Assembly (NCBI RefSeq): GCF_006345805.1
Contig: NC_043010.1
Span: forward strand, 27,652,001 to 27,716,000
DNA from: Octopus sinensis
Taxonomy: Eukaryota
DNA: 64,000 bases
Direction of reading: 5' to 3'
The position numbers and the translations under genes were made by a program. The notes below the pieces were generated by a model. It was not told the origin of the DNA and did not search any database. It was given only the letters and a program-made list of their open reading frames with translations. The number at the start of each line of letters is the position of its first letter. Position 1 is the first letter of the stretch. Positions 63,320 through 64,000 of the stretch are shown piece after piece.

Positions 63320-64000
63320 GTCAGTTTCCCACCACAGTTTCTTTTTTCTCGGTCCATTTTGTGTCTGCATTATTACATGTCCAGCTGCTTTTATAACCTC
63401 GTTACTGTCCGAAGAAAATTAGATAGGTTTACTTGCCACATTTTCTTTGTATAATTAAAACAGCAAATAAGGATAGGTTGGGTATAGGGCTGGCAGAGTT
63501 TCGGTGACATACATAGATATACTTATATTAGCATTATCATATTAAGGATTGCCACAGGTGTACACAAGTTGCTCCTTTACATTGCTATTTTCCAGAAGCC
63601 CCCCCTCCTCATTTAAATAATATCTTTTTCTTCTGAAACTTCCTTCACAGAACTGCATTCTTTTGATGCTTCCTCTATGATCACTAGAGTGGAGCAAAAA
63701 ATGCAACTTTCAAAATTGGTAACCACGAATCGATATTTTGTTGCGAACTACGGTTTAAAGAAAGTTGTGTAAAGAACTTTGTGATTAAATGTATTTTCAG
63801 GCTCAGCAATGGAATTGAAAATTTTAAAAATTGCTATTTTTGGTCGAATTTTGGATTTCATGGATTATAAGTCATGCTGAATACATATTTCTACACAGCA
63901 GAATGCAGAACAGTCAATATAGTATCCTTAAGAGTTTGCTTACCAAGTTTCAATACAATTGACTAATATCTTGAGGTTCCGCATTGACTATTAAGAGAAC

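Overview
This is AT-rich, microsatellite-dense eukaryotic DNA. Its SINE, Penelope and RTE repeat landscape looks like an Octopus (coleoid cephalopod) genome; that assignment is an inference from repeat families. The only host gene I can support is POLR1A, the largest subunit of RNA polymerase I, on the + strand. I traced 16 coding exons (26674-63319, 2382 nt = 794 codons) with GT-AG ends and consistent phases. They include both clamp Zn sites and the catalytic NADFDGD motif, and the gene runs off the right end of the window. The rest is mostly mobile DNA: a near full-length but frameshifted Tx1/L1-clade LINE plus a truncated copy, in tandem inside (GATA)n; a decayed R4/Dong-clade LINE; RTE fragments and many RTE 3'-tail copies; at least two Penelope-like families with hammerhead-like motifs; three to four tRNA-derived SINE families; and TTAA MITEs, long-TIR foldback MITEs, a mariner remnant, Helentron-like elements and a probable solo LTR. 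The best leads are (1) a Penelope 3' region carrying a tRNA-like Pol III cassette upstream of a minimal hammerhead motif, (2) a SINE whose tail matches the Tx1-like LINE tail, (3) apparent microsatellite-targeted retrotransposition (GATA and TAA), (4) an unusual Asn-to-Thr change next to the Pol I catalytic aspartates, and (5) a branched hairpin in the putative POLR1A promoter region. There is no CRISPR, rRNA or intact tRNA gene. Exon coordinates were read base by base; repeat boundaries are approximate (about +/-10-20 nt).
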